Under the pieces are notes generated by a model. It worked only from the letters and a program-made list of their open reading frames with translations. It had not been told where the DNA came from and searched no databases. Both the position numbers and the translations under genes were made by a program. From Candidatus Kaiserbacteria bacterium (lineage in GTDB: Bacteria; Patescibacteriota; Minisyncoccia; Phycocordibacterales; UBA2100), in the NCBI GenBank assembly GCA_016432285.1, contig CP066682.1:730274-794273 (forward strand): a stretch of 64,000 bases of DNA, read 5' to 3'. Below are positions 54,388-64,000 of this stretch, piece by piece. Every line of letters begins with the position of its first letter. Within the stretch, counting starts at the first letter, position 1.

Positions 54388-57300
54388 CTAGAAGTTGGTC
54401 GCGGCAGCGCCGAATACTTGCGTCGCGGAAGAAGTGGCGTAGGTAGCGATGAATGTCGCGAGGTCGCACTTATTTGCAGTCGTGGTGAGGGTTGGCGCCG
54501 TGCCGCTTTGCCAGTTGACGCTGCCCCACGTGACAGTGCGCGATCCTGTGCCGTCCTGACACACCACAAGCCGCAAGATCTGTCCGGCGACATAGTTGGA
54601 GAAGTTGATTGTGCGGTTGCCACCGAGCGTTACGCGCTGCTGGTTGCCGTCACGCCAGTTGACTGTGATCGTCGCTCCATCAGTGAGCGCGTTCTCCACC
54701 GTCGTGATGGCGCCTCCGGCACCCACGGTGAATTTCGCCCACGGACTTGAGGTGCCCACACCGAGCTTGCCGTCGCTCGTGAAGACGAGGAGCGACTGAT
54801 TCGTCGTCGAAGCGATTTGCAAGAAGTTGCTTGTATCGTCGCTCGTCTCGATCGTGAGTTTGTATGCGGGCGTAGATGTGCCGATGCCGATTTTATTTTC
54901 CGCGACAATATTTCCGGTGCCAGTGGGATTGCCCGAAGGGCACGAGCCGCCGGTGCAAGACCAGAGATTATCGTCGTTGAGGAAGATGTCGTTGCCCGAC
55001 GGATCGATCGTTAGATCACCCGAAGCGTCGGTGAGGAATTGCGTGTAGCGTCCGGCATCGTACGCGAGTGCGAGTTGGGCGGTAGAGACCGCATCGGCGA
55101 CCGAAAGCTTGCGGAAAGGCGTCGTCGTGCCGACACCGAGGTACCCGGCGCTCGAAAGGCGCATCGCCTCGGTGAGCGAGCCCGACTGGAGCGTTGAGAA
55201 GACGAGATCCCCTTGGCCAGCTCCATAGTTCTGCTGGAGGATCGACGCGATTGCGGCCGTCGAAGTGCTGTTGCCGAGCACGTCGAGCGCTCGGAAGGTG
55301 AGGCGCGAAGCGCTCGAGGTGGCGCTCGCGAGATTCGAGAGGAAGAGGTTGTCGAAGGTGGAACCGCTCGAAGCGCCTGCAATCTCCATCTTAGCTGACG
55401 GAGTCGTGGTGCCGACACCGAAGTTGCCAGACGTCGTAAGGAAGATTGTAGAAGTTGCAGTAAGACTTGTTCCTGCTGCTTGGTAGAACGGAAGTTGTCC
55501 TTGCGTGCCGCTTCCGACGCTCCCGCCGAGACACGATCCGTTGACCGAAAAGCAGCCATCGTTGAGGTTGATGCCGTTCGCGGCAGTGGAGGTGGCACTG
55601 CCTGTCAGATTGAAAGCGGTCATTTGCAGGGCTCCGTACACTGTTGAGGTTCCACTATTTATAAAGTTGGCCACGTTGCCGATTGAAAAGACTGACGCGG
55701 GCGAGGAGGTACCGATCCCCACGAGCCCGTTGGCGTCGATAGCGAAGACGCTGGACGTAGCAAAACCCGAAGTGGAGGAAGAGATCGCAAAGAGCGGTGC
55801 CGTACCTCCCGCAGCGCCCGCGACCGAGAGCCGGGCAAAGGGCGAAGTGGTGCCCACACCGAAGCCCGTCGATGTCCAGCGCGTCAGCTCCGAGCCGCCG
55901 ACGATCGCGTTGATGTTGCCGGAGACGCCGGCCGCAAAACCGGTCGTGGAATCGCCGCGGCTGACGATGATATTTGGAGTCGTTTGTGTAACTCCGCTTG
56001 CATTCAAGAGCGAGAAACCCGCGGAGTTTGTCGAGCTCAAGGTGCCGCCGGTCGTGATCGCGCTTCCCACAGTGAGTCGAGCCGTACCTGCGGAGGAAAT
56101 AACGACCGAGCCACTGCTGTTGTAAATTCCCGAGTTTGAGTTGTTGGTAAAGGCGAGTGCGGGCGAGGATGCCGAGCCATCAGCGAGATAGCCGACGCCA
56201 GCGATCGAAAGCGCGGTGGTGGAAGCGTACGGGAACGTGTTGGCGGAGGTGGAGGTGACGGTAATCGCGCCGGTGGTGTCGATGGTCGTCGTTGCAGTGG
56301 CGCCGAAATACGCAGGGCCGTACGAAGAGAAGAGTGTCGTGGAAGCGCGCGGCAGTGTGGTGAGGCCGCTTACCGTGAGCGTTCCCGCACCCGAAATATT
56401 ACCCGCAGTGTCGATTGTGGTTGTGGCGGTCGAACCGAAGTAGGCGGGACCGTAGGCGGAGAGAAGAGTCGTCGAGGCGCGCGGCAGTGTGGTGAGGCCG
56501 CTCACCGTGAGCGATGAGAGCACCGTGGCACCCGCGTCGAGCGTATCGGCACCGATGTTGATCGCTCCGAAACCGGTGGTGATCTGACCGCTGTCGAGCG
56601 CTCCGACCGAAGTGAGCGACGAGCCGACTACGCTTGACCCGAGCGTCGTGCCGTTTAGCGCGAGCGCGTTGTTGATGAGGAACGCGCCGCCCGAAGCGAG
56701 GTTGAGGTTGCCGCCAGTGAGCGTGATGCCGCCCGAGAAAGTAGAGGTGGCGCTGTTGCCCACGATCGAGGTGGTGGCTGTACCGCCGATACTCAAGGTG
56801 CCGTAGCTTGTTGCGGACGAGAAGGTACTGGCACCCGCGGTGAGAGCACTGGATCCGATGTTGATGGAACTAAATCCGGAGCCGATGGACCCGGCGGTGA
56901 GTGCGCCGACTGTCGTGATCGAGGTCTGACCAACGTACGTAGAAGAAATATCGATCGCGTCGGCCGTCACCGAAATCCTGTTGGCCGTTCCCACCGCATT
57001 CACCGTATTACCGCTTTTGGTGAGACCATCGCCCGCGGTGATCTCGGATGATCCCGAGAATTGAGTGAATGAGAGCGAGGTGCTGTCGAGCGTGATGGTG
57101 GCCGGAGTAATCAGGGACCAGCCGGTGTTGGCGTATGCGGTTCCCTCAGTTACGAACGTGTACATCCCGGTAATCACTTCCGAATTCTCATTGGCGTCTG
57201 ACGAGCGCGACCACGCGCCAGCCGCGACTACATAGATGCCGTTGGCGCTCGCCGTACTCTGCCCCATCACCAACACGCGATCGCCCGCGATCGCCGAGAC

Positions 57301-60300
57301 GCCATCGATCGTCTGCGTGCCGGAGAGCGTGATATTGGAAGTGGTCGCGAGGCGCACCGATGCTCTCACCGAAAGCCCCTGCGCGATCGCGTCGACGTAC
57401 GCCTTCGTCGCTGCTTCTTGTGCGGAAGTCGGATCCGCAAGACCGGTGATCTTCTTGCCTCCGAATGCCACATCACCCGAAAACGTGGTGGTCGCCGCCG
57501 AGAGTGTGCCCGTAACCGACACATTGCCCGTGAAAGATCCCGTGCCATTGATGGTGAGATTGCCGGACCCGGTGATTGCGGAGCCGACGATCGAAGAGAA
57601 GGTCGCGGCACCGCCGGTGATCGGCGACGAGCCGATGTCGATAGCGCCAAAACCGCTGCCGAGCGCTCCGGATGTGAGCGTGCCGACCGTCGTGATCGAC
57701 GTTTGTCCGACGTAGCTCGAGGAGATATCGACGCTGTCAGCGTTGACCGTGATGCGGTTGCTCGTCCCGACCACGTCGAGCGTGTTGCCAGATTTAGTGA
57801 GCCCACTGCCAGCCGTGATCTGCCCCGCACCGGAGAACTGCGTGAATGCGAGGAGCGAGGTACCAAGCGTAATCGGATCCGCCGTTGTGAGCACCCAGCC
57901 CGAGTTCGCGTTGATCGTGCCTTCAGAAATGAACGTGAAGAGTCCGGAGCCGACCTCCGCGTTCGTGTCCGCGTCTTCCGAGCGGGTCCACACACCGGCA
58001 GACACCGCATACAGACCGTTCTTCGTTTGGTCGGTCTGATTTTTCACAAGCACGCGATCACCCGCCACGAGCGACACGCCGTCGACCGTCTGCTCACCGG
58101 AGAGTGTGATGTTCGCCGTGGTGGCCGCGCGCACCGAATCCTTGAGGTCAAGTCCTTGCGCCACCGAATCGACGTAGGATTTGTTGGCCGCGTCGCCGCT
58201 GTCGCTCGGCGTGGCGACGCCCGTGATCTTTTTCGTATTGAGCTGTAGCTCGCCCGAGAGAGTGGTGGTCGCGGCGGCGAGCGTGGTGCCGACCGAAAGC
58301 GAGCTAGAGAGTGTGGCGGCGCCTGTCACACCGAGCGTGCCGCCGATCGAGGCGTTGTTGGTGACAGAGAGTCCGGTGCCCGTGCCTGCAGCAGTGAGCG
58401 TGCCGTCGGCGCGGAGTGTCGAGTAAAAGCGGCTCGCGCCGGTAGCTTGGAGCGTCGAGGAGGCCGCAAATGCACTCGTCAGCCCGAGCGTGCCCGCGAT
58501 CGTCGTATTGCCTGTTGCGGGGGCGACGATGAAGCTGCTGCCGCCCACGGTGAAGTTGCCGGTCGTCACGTCGAGGCCATTCGTGGCGTCGACGTTGCCC
58601 GCAAACGTAACCTGCCCCGTGCCCGTCTGGTTGATAGGCCCAGTCGCAGAAAATGTGAGTGAGCTACCGCCCGAGATCGTAAGATCACCCGAGATGTCAG
58701 TGGCTACGTCGACATCGAGTCCGGTCGTGGGAGCAGCAGTGCCGATCCCAACGCGGCCGGAGTTTTGCTGCACGACGAATTTGCTGGTCTGTGCCGTGAT
58801 GCCGCCCGCAAAGGTCGAGGTCGCACTCGAGGAAGTCGCGACCAGATTCGCGGCGTCGAGGAAGGAGGAGAAGCGGCCGCCGCCCGTTACTTCGAAGGGA
58901 TAGCTGGGAGAAGCGGTGAGCACTCCGAGCCTTCCCGAGGAGTCGAAGGTGGATGTCGCGGAGCCGCCAAAGTATGCGCGGTCGAAGACCGAAAGCCGTG
59001 TCGTCGATGCTCCGGAGGAAAAGAGCTGCAACGCGCTCCACGAATTCGAGACGCTCGGCGACGCATAGTCGCTTCCTGCGGTGGCCACCGAAACGAGGCC
59101 GACCGAAGAGGTTTTCAAGATACCGCTTGGCGAACCGGAGACCGTAAGATTCGTCGTGCTTGCCGTGCCGAAATAGCCGGTGCCGGAAACCGAGAGCGCG
59201 GTCGACGACGCATACGGAAATACGTTGGCAAAGACCGCTGTCACGGTGATCGCGCCCGTCGTACCGATTGTGGTCGTGCCAGTCGCGCCGAAATACGAAG
59301 GGCCGTACGAGGAGAGAAGTGTTGTCGATGCGCGCGCGAATGACGCGAGGCCCGTGGCGCTCAAGGTGCCGCCCACCGAGAGGTTGCCCGATGCGTCAAG
59401 CGACGATGTCGCCGTCCCGCCGAAGTACGCCGTGCCGAAATTGGAAAAGTTCGTACTGGACGCGCCTGCGGAGAAGAGCTGGAGCGCGGTCCAGGTGTTG
59501 GCAGATGTCGTCCCAAACGCGGTGGAAAGCGTACCGGAAGTGAACACCAAACCATTGCCAACGGTCGCAGCTTGCACGCCCCCGGAGCTATTCGTCGACA
59601 GCAGCGAAGAAGGCGCGCCGGAAATAGTTAGATTGCTTGTTGAGGCAGTCGTGAAGTAGCCGCTTGTGGCGCTAAAGGCGGTCGAGCTTCCGTAGGTGAG
59701 GGTAAGCTTACCTGCCGAGTCGAACGACGATGTCGCCGTCCCGCCGAAGTACGCCGTGCCGAAATTGGAAAAGTTCGTACTGGACGCTCCCGCAGAAAAA
59801 AGCTGCAAGGCGGTCCAGGTGTTGGCATCGGAGAGCGAAGCGCCTCCACCGCCTCCCACGATGCACGTGCCGTCGACCGCAAAACAACCATCGGAAATAT
59901 CGATGCCGTTTGCAAAAGTCGTGGTTGCCGAACCTGTAACCGCAAGACGTGTTGATGTCGCGTTGCCAAATGAGACGTCGCCGGAGATGCTGAGAGAGGA
60001 CCCGGAAATTGATGCGCCGCTGATCGAACCGCCGGAGAATGTCGAGTTGGTAATGCTGACGCTCGAGAGGTTGTCGATACGCTGCGTTACCGCGATCATG
60101 TTGACCACGCCCCCCGAAGCAACGGGCGACGACGCGCTCGTGATTCCGTAGATCTGTGCAACAAGCTTGTTGTCGAGTTCGTTCAGCTTCGATTCCAAAA
60201 TCGATTCAGTGATGCCACCGACACTCACAATACGCTCCGTCTCAATCACGCGTTCGATGACCGGCTGGTTGATGATGGTTTGCGCAAGCGCCGCGCCGCC

Positions 60301-61158
60301 TTGGACTGAAGGTGTGGAAGTCGCCGATCGGGGAATCACACGCACGCGCACTCCGTCGCTCGCGATATTTTGATCCGAAGCCTTCGCAAGTGTCGTGCTC
60401 GTCGCAGGATCGTGGAAAACGAGGCGGTACATGAACGAGTCGATACGCTCGTTCCACGCGCGCGCGATACCCGAAAGAAAATCATTCATGGCGCCGCCCG
60501 GGTCGTTGGCCGCGGCAGCCAATTGCTCGCGCGCCGATTCGATCAGTGAAATGTTTGACGCAGCAGAGCGAACGGCGACGCTCGCATACTGCTGATCCAC
60601 GAAGGCGAACGTGCCCGCGGTAAAAAGGACGGCCACGAACACCGCGATCAACTTATGCACGAACTCCATCGCGGGCGTCAGCGCGTAGGCGCTCGTGAGC
60701 GGCGCGGTCGGAAGTTTCATCGCGATATCGGCGATGTGGGCAGCGTGCGCGTGCACGCTCGGAGAGCGCGCAATTTTTTCGAGCGCGGATTGCACGTGAT
60801 AGCTGCGGTAGCTCGAATCGGCGGCGAAGCGCCTGCTCGCCGCATACTGCATGTCGTACGCGGAGCTTTTTTCGCGCGAGGCCGCGCTCGTTTTGCCGCT
60901 TCCGGACCACGCGGCTCGGTACTCCTCCTTTCGCTGCCGGGCAAGATCCTGTGCGCGCTCGGCGCGTTGCTTGCTCTGATTTTTTACAAAAGTGTCGAGC
61001 GAGTCGCTTGAGACATACCAATTCGTGCCAATCCGCCGGCCCTGGACCCTGCCGTCCTTACAGAGGCGTGCGACATAGTCGCGGGTAAATCCCGCTGTGC
61101 GCGCCGCTTCCGCAGCGGAGATATATCGTGTGCCGTCAAAAAAAATTTCGTCAGTCAT
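54388..61158 (-). CDS. Giant type-II membrane protein (2256 aa): N-terminal cytoplasmic excisionase-like HTH module, one TM, then about 2050 aa of extracellular Ser/Thr/Gly/Ala-rich beta-type repeats
   Basis: N-terminus MTDEIFFDGTRYISAAEAARTAGFTRDYVARLCKDGRVQGRRIGTNWYVSSDSLDTFV, which fits the HTH_17/Xis-like pattern (EAA..G.s...v.rl...G......iG..W.v....L..f). A basic stretch, then the TM helix LIAVFVAVLFTAGTFAFV near residue 175. Several families of internal repeats follow: three near-identical ANTWTALQLFSAGASSTNFSNFGTAYFGGTATSS units; two ~190-aa units beginning KKITG(V/L)A(T/D)P...AA(N/T)K(S/A)YVD...GDRVLV...NG(L/I)Y; and TVSGLTTLPRASTTL units. Confidence 0.7.
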   Translation of the reverse strand: MTDEIFFDGTRYISAAEAARTAGFTRDYVARLCKDGRVQGRRIGTNWYVSSDSLDTFVKNQSKQRAERAQDLARQRKEEYRAAWSGSGKTSAASREKSSAYDMQYAASRRFAADSSYRSYHVQSALEKIARSPSVHAHAAHIADIAMKLPTAPLTSAYALTPAMEFVHKLIAVFVAVLFTAGTFAFVDQQYASVAVRSAASNISLIESAREQLAAAANDPGGAMNDFLSGIARAWNERIDSFMYRLVFHDPATSTTLAKASDQNIASDGVRVRVIPRSATSTPSVQGGAALAQTIINQPVIERVIETERIVSVGGITESILESKLNELDNKLVAQIYGITSASSPVASGGVVNMIAVTQRIDNLSSVSITNSTFSGGSISGASISGSSLSISGDVSFGNATSTRLAVTGSATTTFANGIDISDGCFAVDGTCIVGGGGGASLSDANTWTALQLFSAGASSTNFSNFGTAYFGGTATSSFDSAGKLTLTYGSSTAFSATSGYFTTASTSNLTISGAPSSLLSTNSSGGVQAATVGNGLVFTSGTLSTAFGTTSANTWTALQLFSAGASSTNFSNFGTAYFGGTATSSLDASGNLSVGGTLSATGLASFARASTTLLSSYGPSYFGATGTTTIGTTGAITVTAVFANVFPYASSTALSVSGTGYFGTASTTNLTVSGSPSGILKTSSVGLVSVATAGSDYASPSVSNSWSALQLFSSGASTTRLSVFDRAYFGGSATSTFDSSGRLGVLTASPSYPFEVTGGGRFSSFLDAANLVATSSSATSTFAGGITAQTSKFVVQQNSGRVGIGTAAPTTGLDVDVATDISGDLTISGGSSLTFSATGPINQTGTGQVTFAGNVDATNGLDVTTGNFTVGGSSFIVAPATGNTTIAGTLGLTSAFAASSTLQATGASRFYSTLRADGTLTAAGTGTGLSVTNNASIGGTLGVTGAATLSSSLSVGTTLAAATTTLSGELQLNTKKITGVATPSDSGDAANKSYVDSVAQGLDLKDSVRAATTANITLSGEQTVDGVSLVAGDRVLVKNQTDQTKNGLYAVSAGVWTRSEDADTNAEVGSGLFTFISEGTINANSGWVLTTADPITLGTSLLAFTQFSGAGQITAGSGLTKSGNTLDVVGTSNRITVNADSVDISSSYVGQTSITTVGTLTSGALGSGFGAIDIGSSPITGGAATFSSIVGSAITGSGNLTINGTGSFTGNVSVTGTLSAATTTFSGDVAFGGKKITGLADPTSAQEAATKAYVDAIAQGLSVRASVRLATTSNITLSGTQTIDGVSAIAGDRVLVMGQSTASANGIYVVAAGAWSRSSDANENSEVITGMYTFVTEGTAYANTGWSLITPATITLDSTSLSFTQFSGSSEITAGDGLTKSGNTVNAVGTANRISVTADAIDISSTYVGQTSITTVGALTAGSIGSGFSSINIGSSALTAGASTFSSATSYGTLSIGGTATTSIVGNSATSTFSGGITLTGGNLNLASGGAFLINNALALNGTTLGSSVVGSSLTSVGALDSGQITTGFGAINIGADTLDAGATVLSSLTVSGLTTLPRASTTLLSAYGPAYFGSTATTTIDTAGNISGAGTLTVSGLTTLPRASTTLFSSYGPAYFGATATTTIDTTGAITVTSTSANTFPYASTTALSIAGVGYLADGSASSPALAFTNNSNSGIYNSSGSVVISSAGTARLTVGSAITTGGTLSSTNSAGFSLLNASGVTQTTPNIIVSRGDSTTGFAAGVSGNINAIVGGSELTRWTSTGFGVGTTSPFARLSVAGAAGGTAPLFAISSSTSGFATSSVFAIDANGLVGIGTSSPASVFSIGNVANFINSGTSTVYGALQMTAFNLTGSATSTAANGINLNDGCFSVNGSCLGGSVGSGTQGQLPFYQAAGTSLTATSTIFLTTSGNFGVGTTTPSAKMEIAGASSGSTFDNLFLSNLASATSSASRLTFRALDVLGNSTSTAAIASILQQNYGAGQGDLVFSTLQSGSLTEAMRLSSAGYLGVGTTTPFRKLSVADAVSTAQLALAYDAGRYTQFLTDASGDLTIDPSGNDIFLNDDNLWSCTGGSCPSGNPTGTGNIVAENKIGIGTSTPAYKLTIETSDDTSNFLQIASTTNQSLLVFTSDGKLGVGTSSPWAKFTVGAGGAITTVENALTDGATITVNWRDGNQQRVTLGGNRTINFSNYVAGQILRLVVCQDGTGSRTVTWGSVNWQSGTAPTLTTTANKCDLATFIATYATSSATQVFGAAATNF

Positions 61159-61494
61159 AAAGACTGCCTTCAGAATTGGAGGCTTCTTGCTATCCGTGAG
61201 CCGCTTCCGATGCGACGTGAATGAATCGAAAGCTACTCACCAACACACGTCGTAGCTAGATTTTACTAGATATTTCGGGCATCCTGTTGAAAAAGGGTGT
61301 GCAAATATGGGGATAACTGTGAGATAAGGTGTTGGCAGTCACGCCACGGTGAGGGCCGGAGCGCATCAAGCGCCGCGGAATCACGTGGTGACTGTTTGAG
61401 GCTGAAATACCTCGCCATTTCTCGACCAAAGTCCAGTGCACGCCGGACGCGCAATCGATCTCGGCTATGCGAGATACGAAAACAAGGCGGAAAA

Positions 61495-62460
61495 TCAGCG
61501 TTCGCGGCGGAACGAGACGCCCGGTACGATCAACTGTTCAAGAAAATCGCCAATCTTCGCGAGAGTGCTCGCAGCGCTCGCCGTGAGAGCCTCTGTACCC
61601 TCCCGTAGCTTCAGATTTTGTGTATAGAGGGACGACGACTTCAGCGAGACAAATCCCACTGAGAGGAATATGACGACCGTGGCAACGGCCCCAGCGAGAG
61701 TGATGGACTTACGCATTGAAGTACGGGGCGCCTTCCTGCCGACCCGGATCCCCGCGATGAGGTGCGAGGGAATGCGCTGCTCGGCTTCCCGAGGTATGTG
61801 TTTTCGAATCGGGATGGGGTGTTCGATGCCTTCAGTTTCGAGCGGCAAGGTCGGCTCGGCCGAAGCGGGAGCATAATTTTCCGCCGACGAAGCAGTTCTC
61901 GGAAGCAAATCGCGACTATCAGATACGTATGTATAAAAAGGTTCTGCTCCGTTGTATCTATATATTCCTAACGATTCCGGTTGGACCGACTGCGACTCCG
62001 GCTTTCGGAGACCAACCGATTCCGCCTGCACTGCTGCGAGGAGCGAATCCTTTTTGTGCTTATGCCCGACTATGTCCGATTTCCCGACGTACCACCGATT
62101 CCCCACCTGCCGCGCCATGATCGCGCCGCTTCGCGCGAGTTGCGAGACGTAGTCCTGGTGGTAGCCCGTCAGCTCGGCCGCCTTTGATGCCGAGATGTAG
62201 TCCTTGCCGTCAAACGAGACGAGCGCTTCAGGATTCGCGACCGGAGGTTTGCGGGGCGGCTCGGGCTTATAGCTTTCCGCACGCTGCTTGTATTCCTGGA
62301 GCGATTCAAGCGAGACGTACCAGAGCGTGCCGATACGATGTGCATCGATCTGACCCGAGCGTGCGAGCTGTCCTACGTAATCTTGCGCGTATCCGCATTC
62401 CTGCGCTGCTTTTTTTGAGGGGATGTAGGTTTTCCCGGCGACGGCGATCTCATCGGTCAT
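61495..62460 (-). CDS. Membrane protein with two tandem N-terminal excisionase-like HTH modules and a C-terminal TM; paralogous to the N-terminus of the giant downstream gene
   Basis: MTDEIAVAGKTYIPSKKAAQECGYAQDYVGQLARSGQIDAHRIGTLWYV (module 1) and DGKDYISASKAAELTGYHQDYVSQLARSGAIMARQVGNRWYV (module 2), the same module as residues 1-50 of the 2256-aa protein. A C-terminal TM ITLAGAVATVVIFLSVGFV. 321 aa. Confidence 0.6.
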   Translation of the reverse strand: MTDEIAVAGKTYIPSKKAAQECGYAQDYVGQLARSGQIDAHRIGTLWYVSLESLQEYKQRAESYKPEPPRKPPVANPEALVSFDGKDYISASKAAELTGYHQDYVSQLARSGAIMARQVGNRWYVGKSDIVGHKHKKDSLLAAVQAESVGLRKPESQSVQPESLGIYRYNGAEPFYTYVSDSRDLLPRTASSAENYAPASAEPTLPLETEGIEHPIPIRKHIPREAEQRIPSHLIAGIRVGRKAPRTSMRKSITLAGAVATVVIFLSVGFVSLKSSSLYTQNLKLREGTEALTASAASTLAKIGDFLEQLIVPGVSFRRER

Positions 62461-62567
62461 ACAAAAAGTATATCCTGTCTTTCACCGTGCTGATTCGCCC
62501 ATGGGGACAGCGATGTCTCGGCACGGAAGTAAGCCAATCTCGGACCCGAGATACGAAATCTCGAAAG

Positions 62568-64000
62568 TCAGGAAATCGCCTCGAAGATCATTTTCTTGAG
62601 AAGTGCTGGATCCGCGGCTCCTTTGGTGGCCCGCATGCCCTGTCCAATGAGGAACTGGAGCGCCGCCTGCTTGCCGCTCTTGAAATCCGCCACAACTGAA
62701 GGATTAGCCTCTAGGACGGATTTCACAGAGGCCTCGAGGCCCTTCGAATCGCTGATCTGTAGGAGGCTGCGGTCCTTAGCGACCGCTTCAAGATCGCCGT
62801 CGATTCCCTCTCTCGCAACCGCAGAAATGAGATCCTTCGCTCCCCGTGACGACAATGCTCCCTGCCCCGCCATATCGACGATTTTGGCTAAACTGTGTGC
62901 CGAGATCGGGATATCGGCACTGTAATCCGAATCTCGTTTCTGGATATCTCGGAGCACGCTGACGAGATCGTTCGCGATGTAGTTGGCCGCGGTGAGACGT
63001 CGGTCCTTGGGGAGCTCTCGTGCGACGGCATCAAAAAAGTCCCCAAGAGCGCCTTCCGCAGTGAAAAGCTGGGCGTCGTCGGGCTTCAGCCCCATCTGCA
63101 GATAACCCTCGCGCCGTACGGAGGGCAACACTGGCAGCTCTGCGGCCAGCGCATCGGCACGAAAATCACCAATCTCTGAAATCTGAAGCGAGGGCAGATC
63201 CGGATCGGGAAAGTAGCGGTAGTCCGCGCTTCCCTCCTTCGTGCGCTGCGCAAACGTCTGCTGCTTCCCCTCGTCCCATCCCCGAGTCTCCTGGCGCACC
63301 TGCTCCCCGCTTTGAAGCGTCTTTTTTTGCCGCTCTATTTCGTACGCGACTGCTTTCTCCATGATCTTGAACGAGTTGAGGTTTTTGATTTCAACTTTTG
63401 TGCCGAGCTCACCCTTCTTGCCGACCGACACATTGGCTTCGACGCGCATCTCACCTTTTTCCATGTTGGCTTCCGATGCGCCGAGGTAGCGTAGGAGAAG
63501 CTGCAATTCTTTCGCGAATGCAGACGCATCTTCCGCGCTGTGAATCTCCGGTTCCGTCACGAGTTCCATGAGCGGCACGCCCGATCGGTTGAAATCGATC
63601 GTCGTCGTGCCTTCGTCGTCGCTGTGAATCGAGCTCGCCGTGTCTTCCTCGAGATGCACGCGCGTGATCGGCACGCCGAGGAGTGCTCCCCCGGAAACCA
63701 GCGGGTACTCGTACTGACTGAGCTGATAGCCTTTTGGGAGATCGGGGTAGAAGTAATTTTTGCGGTCGAACTCTGTGTAGTCGGCAAGCCGTCCGCCAAG
63801 CGCGAGACCAACCTTTAAGACGTGCTTCACCGCTTCCCTATTGATCACCGGGAGAGAGCCCGGATGCGCGAGGCATACCGGGCAGATATTTACGTTCGGC
63901 TTTTTTTCGTCGGGATCGTTTTTCGAAGTGCAGAACATCTTCGTCGCGGTCCGCAGCTCAGCGTGGATCTCGAGACCGATGGTCGCTTCGTACTCACTCA
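62568..64000 (-). CDS. gatB: Asp-tRNA(Asn)/Glu-tRNA(Gln) amidotransferase subunit B (5' end lies beyond the window)
   Basis: Translation of 64000 back to 63939 gives ...YEATIGLEIHAELRTATKMFCTS..., the conserved GatB N-terminus, so the ORF-track start MFCTS is internal. The remainder matches GatB through the C-terminal YqeY-like domain. Confidence 0.85.
   Translation of the reverse strand, partial: SEYEATIGLEIHAELRTATKMFCTSKNDPDEKKPNVNICPVCLAHPGSLPVINREAVKHVLKVGLALGGRLADYTEFDRKNYFYPDLPKGYQLSQYEYPLVSGGALLGVPITRVHLEEDTASSIHSDDEGTTTIDFNRSGVPLMELVTEPEIHSAEDASAFAKELQLLLRYLGASEANMEKGEMRVEANVSVGKKGELGTKVEIKNLNSFKIMEKAVAYEIERQKKTLQSGEQVRQETRGWDEGKQQTFAQRTKEGSADYRYFPDPDLPSLQISEIGDFRADALAAELPVLPSVRREGYLQMGLKPDDAQLFTAEGALGDFFDAVARELPKDRRLTAANYIANDLVSVLRDIQKRDSDYSADIPISAHSLAKIVDMAGQGALSSRGAKDLISAVAREGIDGDLEAVAKDRSLLQISDSKGLEASVKSVLEANPSVVADFKSGKQAALQFLIGQGMRATKGAADPALLKKMIFEAIS

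Noticed and set aside
54370-60151. Numerous + strand ORFs inside the 2256-aa gene
   Set aside because: Antisense to one continuous 6.8 kb ORF.
62568-63938. ORF-track start MFCTS for gatB
   Set aside because: The conserved GatB N-terminus (YEATIGLEIHAELRTATK) is encoded upstream, up to the window edge, so the gene is 5'-truncated by the window rather than starting at 63938.

Overview
This 64 kb window is high-GC (~62-65%) bacterial DNA, densely packed with genes that mostly run on the minus strand. About half of it is streamlined housekeeping content. All CDS calls rest on reading motifs in the ORF-track translations; no homology search was run. Short domain-minimal enzymes and K/A/E-rich tails on ribosomal proteins suggest a reduced-genome, possibly CPR/Patescibacteria-like organism; this is inference only.

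Housekeeping genes (symbols as called from motifs):
- DNA and RNA handling: smc (partial), rnc, a NusB-Nudix fusion, rnhB, a short dnaE, gyrB, gatB (partial).
- Translation: rpmF, an N-truncated thrS, a pheS-X-pheT operon, tsf, rpsB, prfA, rpmE, rplY, tRNA-Thr(UGU).
- Envelope and secretion: an SLT-type lytic transglycosylase, a processive GT2 synthase, signal peptidase I.
- Central metabolism: a long co-directional cluster gap-rpiB-rpe-aroQ-aroE-aroG-aroB-DUF296 with transketolase split into N- and C-subunit genes, plus a PfkB kinase.

Accessory content:
- Three distinct IS200-like tyrosine transposase (RAYT) genes, each with its own REP palindrome family. A REP copy sits in-frame inside two of the three RAYT genes. 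REPs also supply terminal codons and stop codons to neighbouring genes.
- An 8 kb secretome island (11.6-19.7 kb) with a sortase and several signal-peptide proteins carrying unusual low-complexity repeats, including a protein with ~25 tandem 'FGDGSGSY' octapeptides.
- Tandem Cys-rich 'CYHGLGH' paralogs.
- A ~14.4 kb locus (48.0-62.5 kb) of two giant membrane-anchored surface proteins (1952 and 2256 aa). The larger one, and a small upstream paralog, begin with a cytoplasmic excisionase-like HTH module followed by a TM helix. They are separated by a low-GC four-helix-bundle gene and are ATGA-coupled through RAYT3 into the signal peptidase gene.

No rRNA, CRISPR array or obvious prophage was seen.
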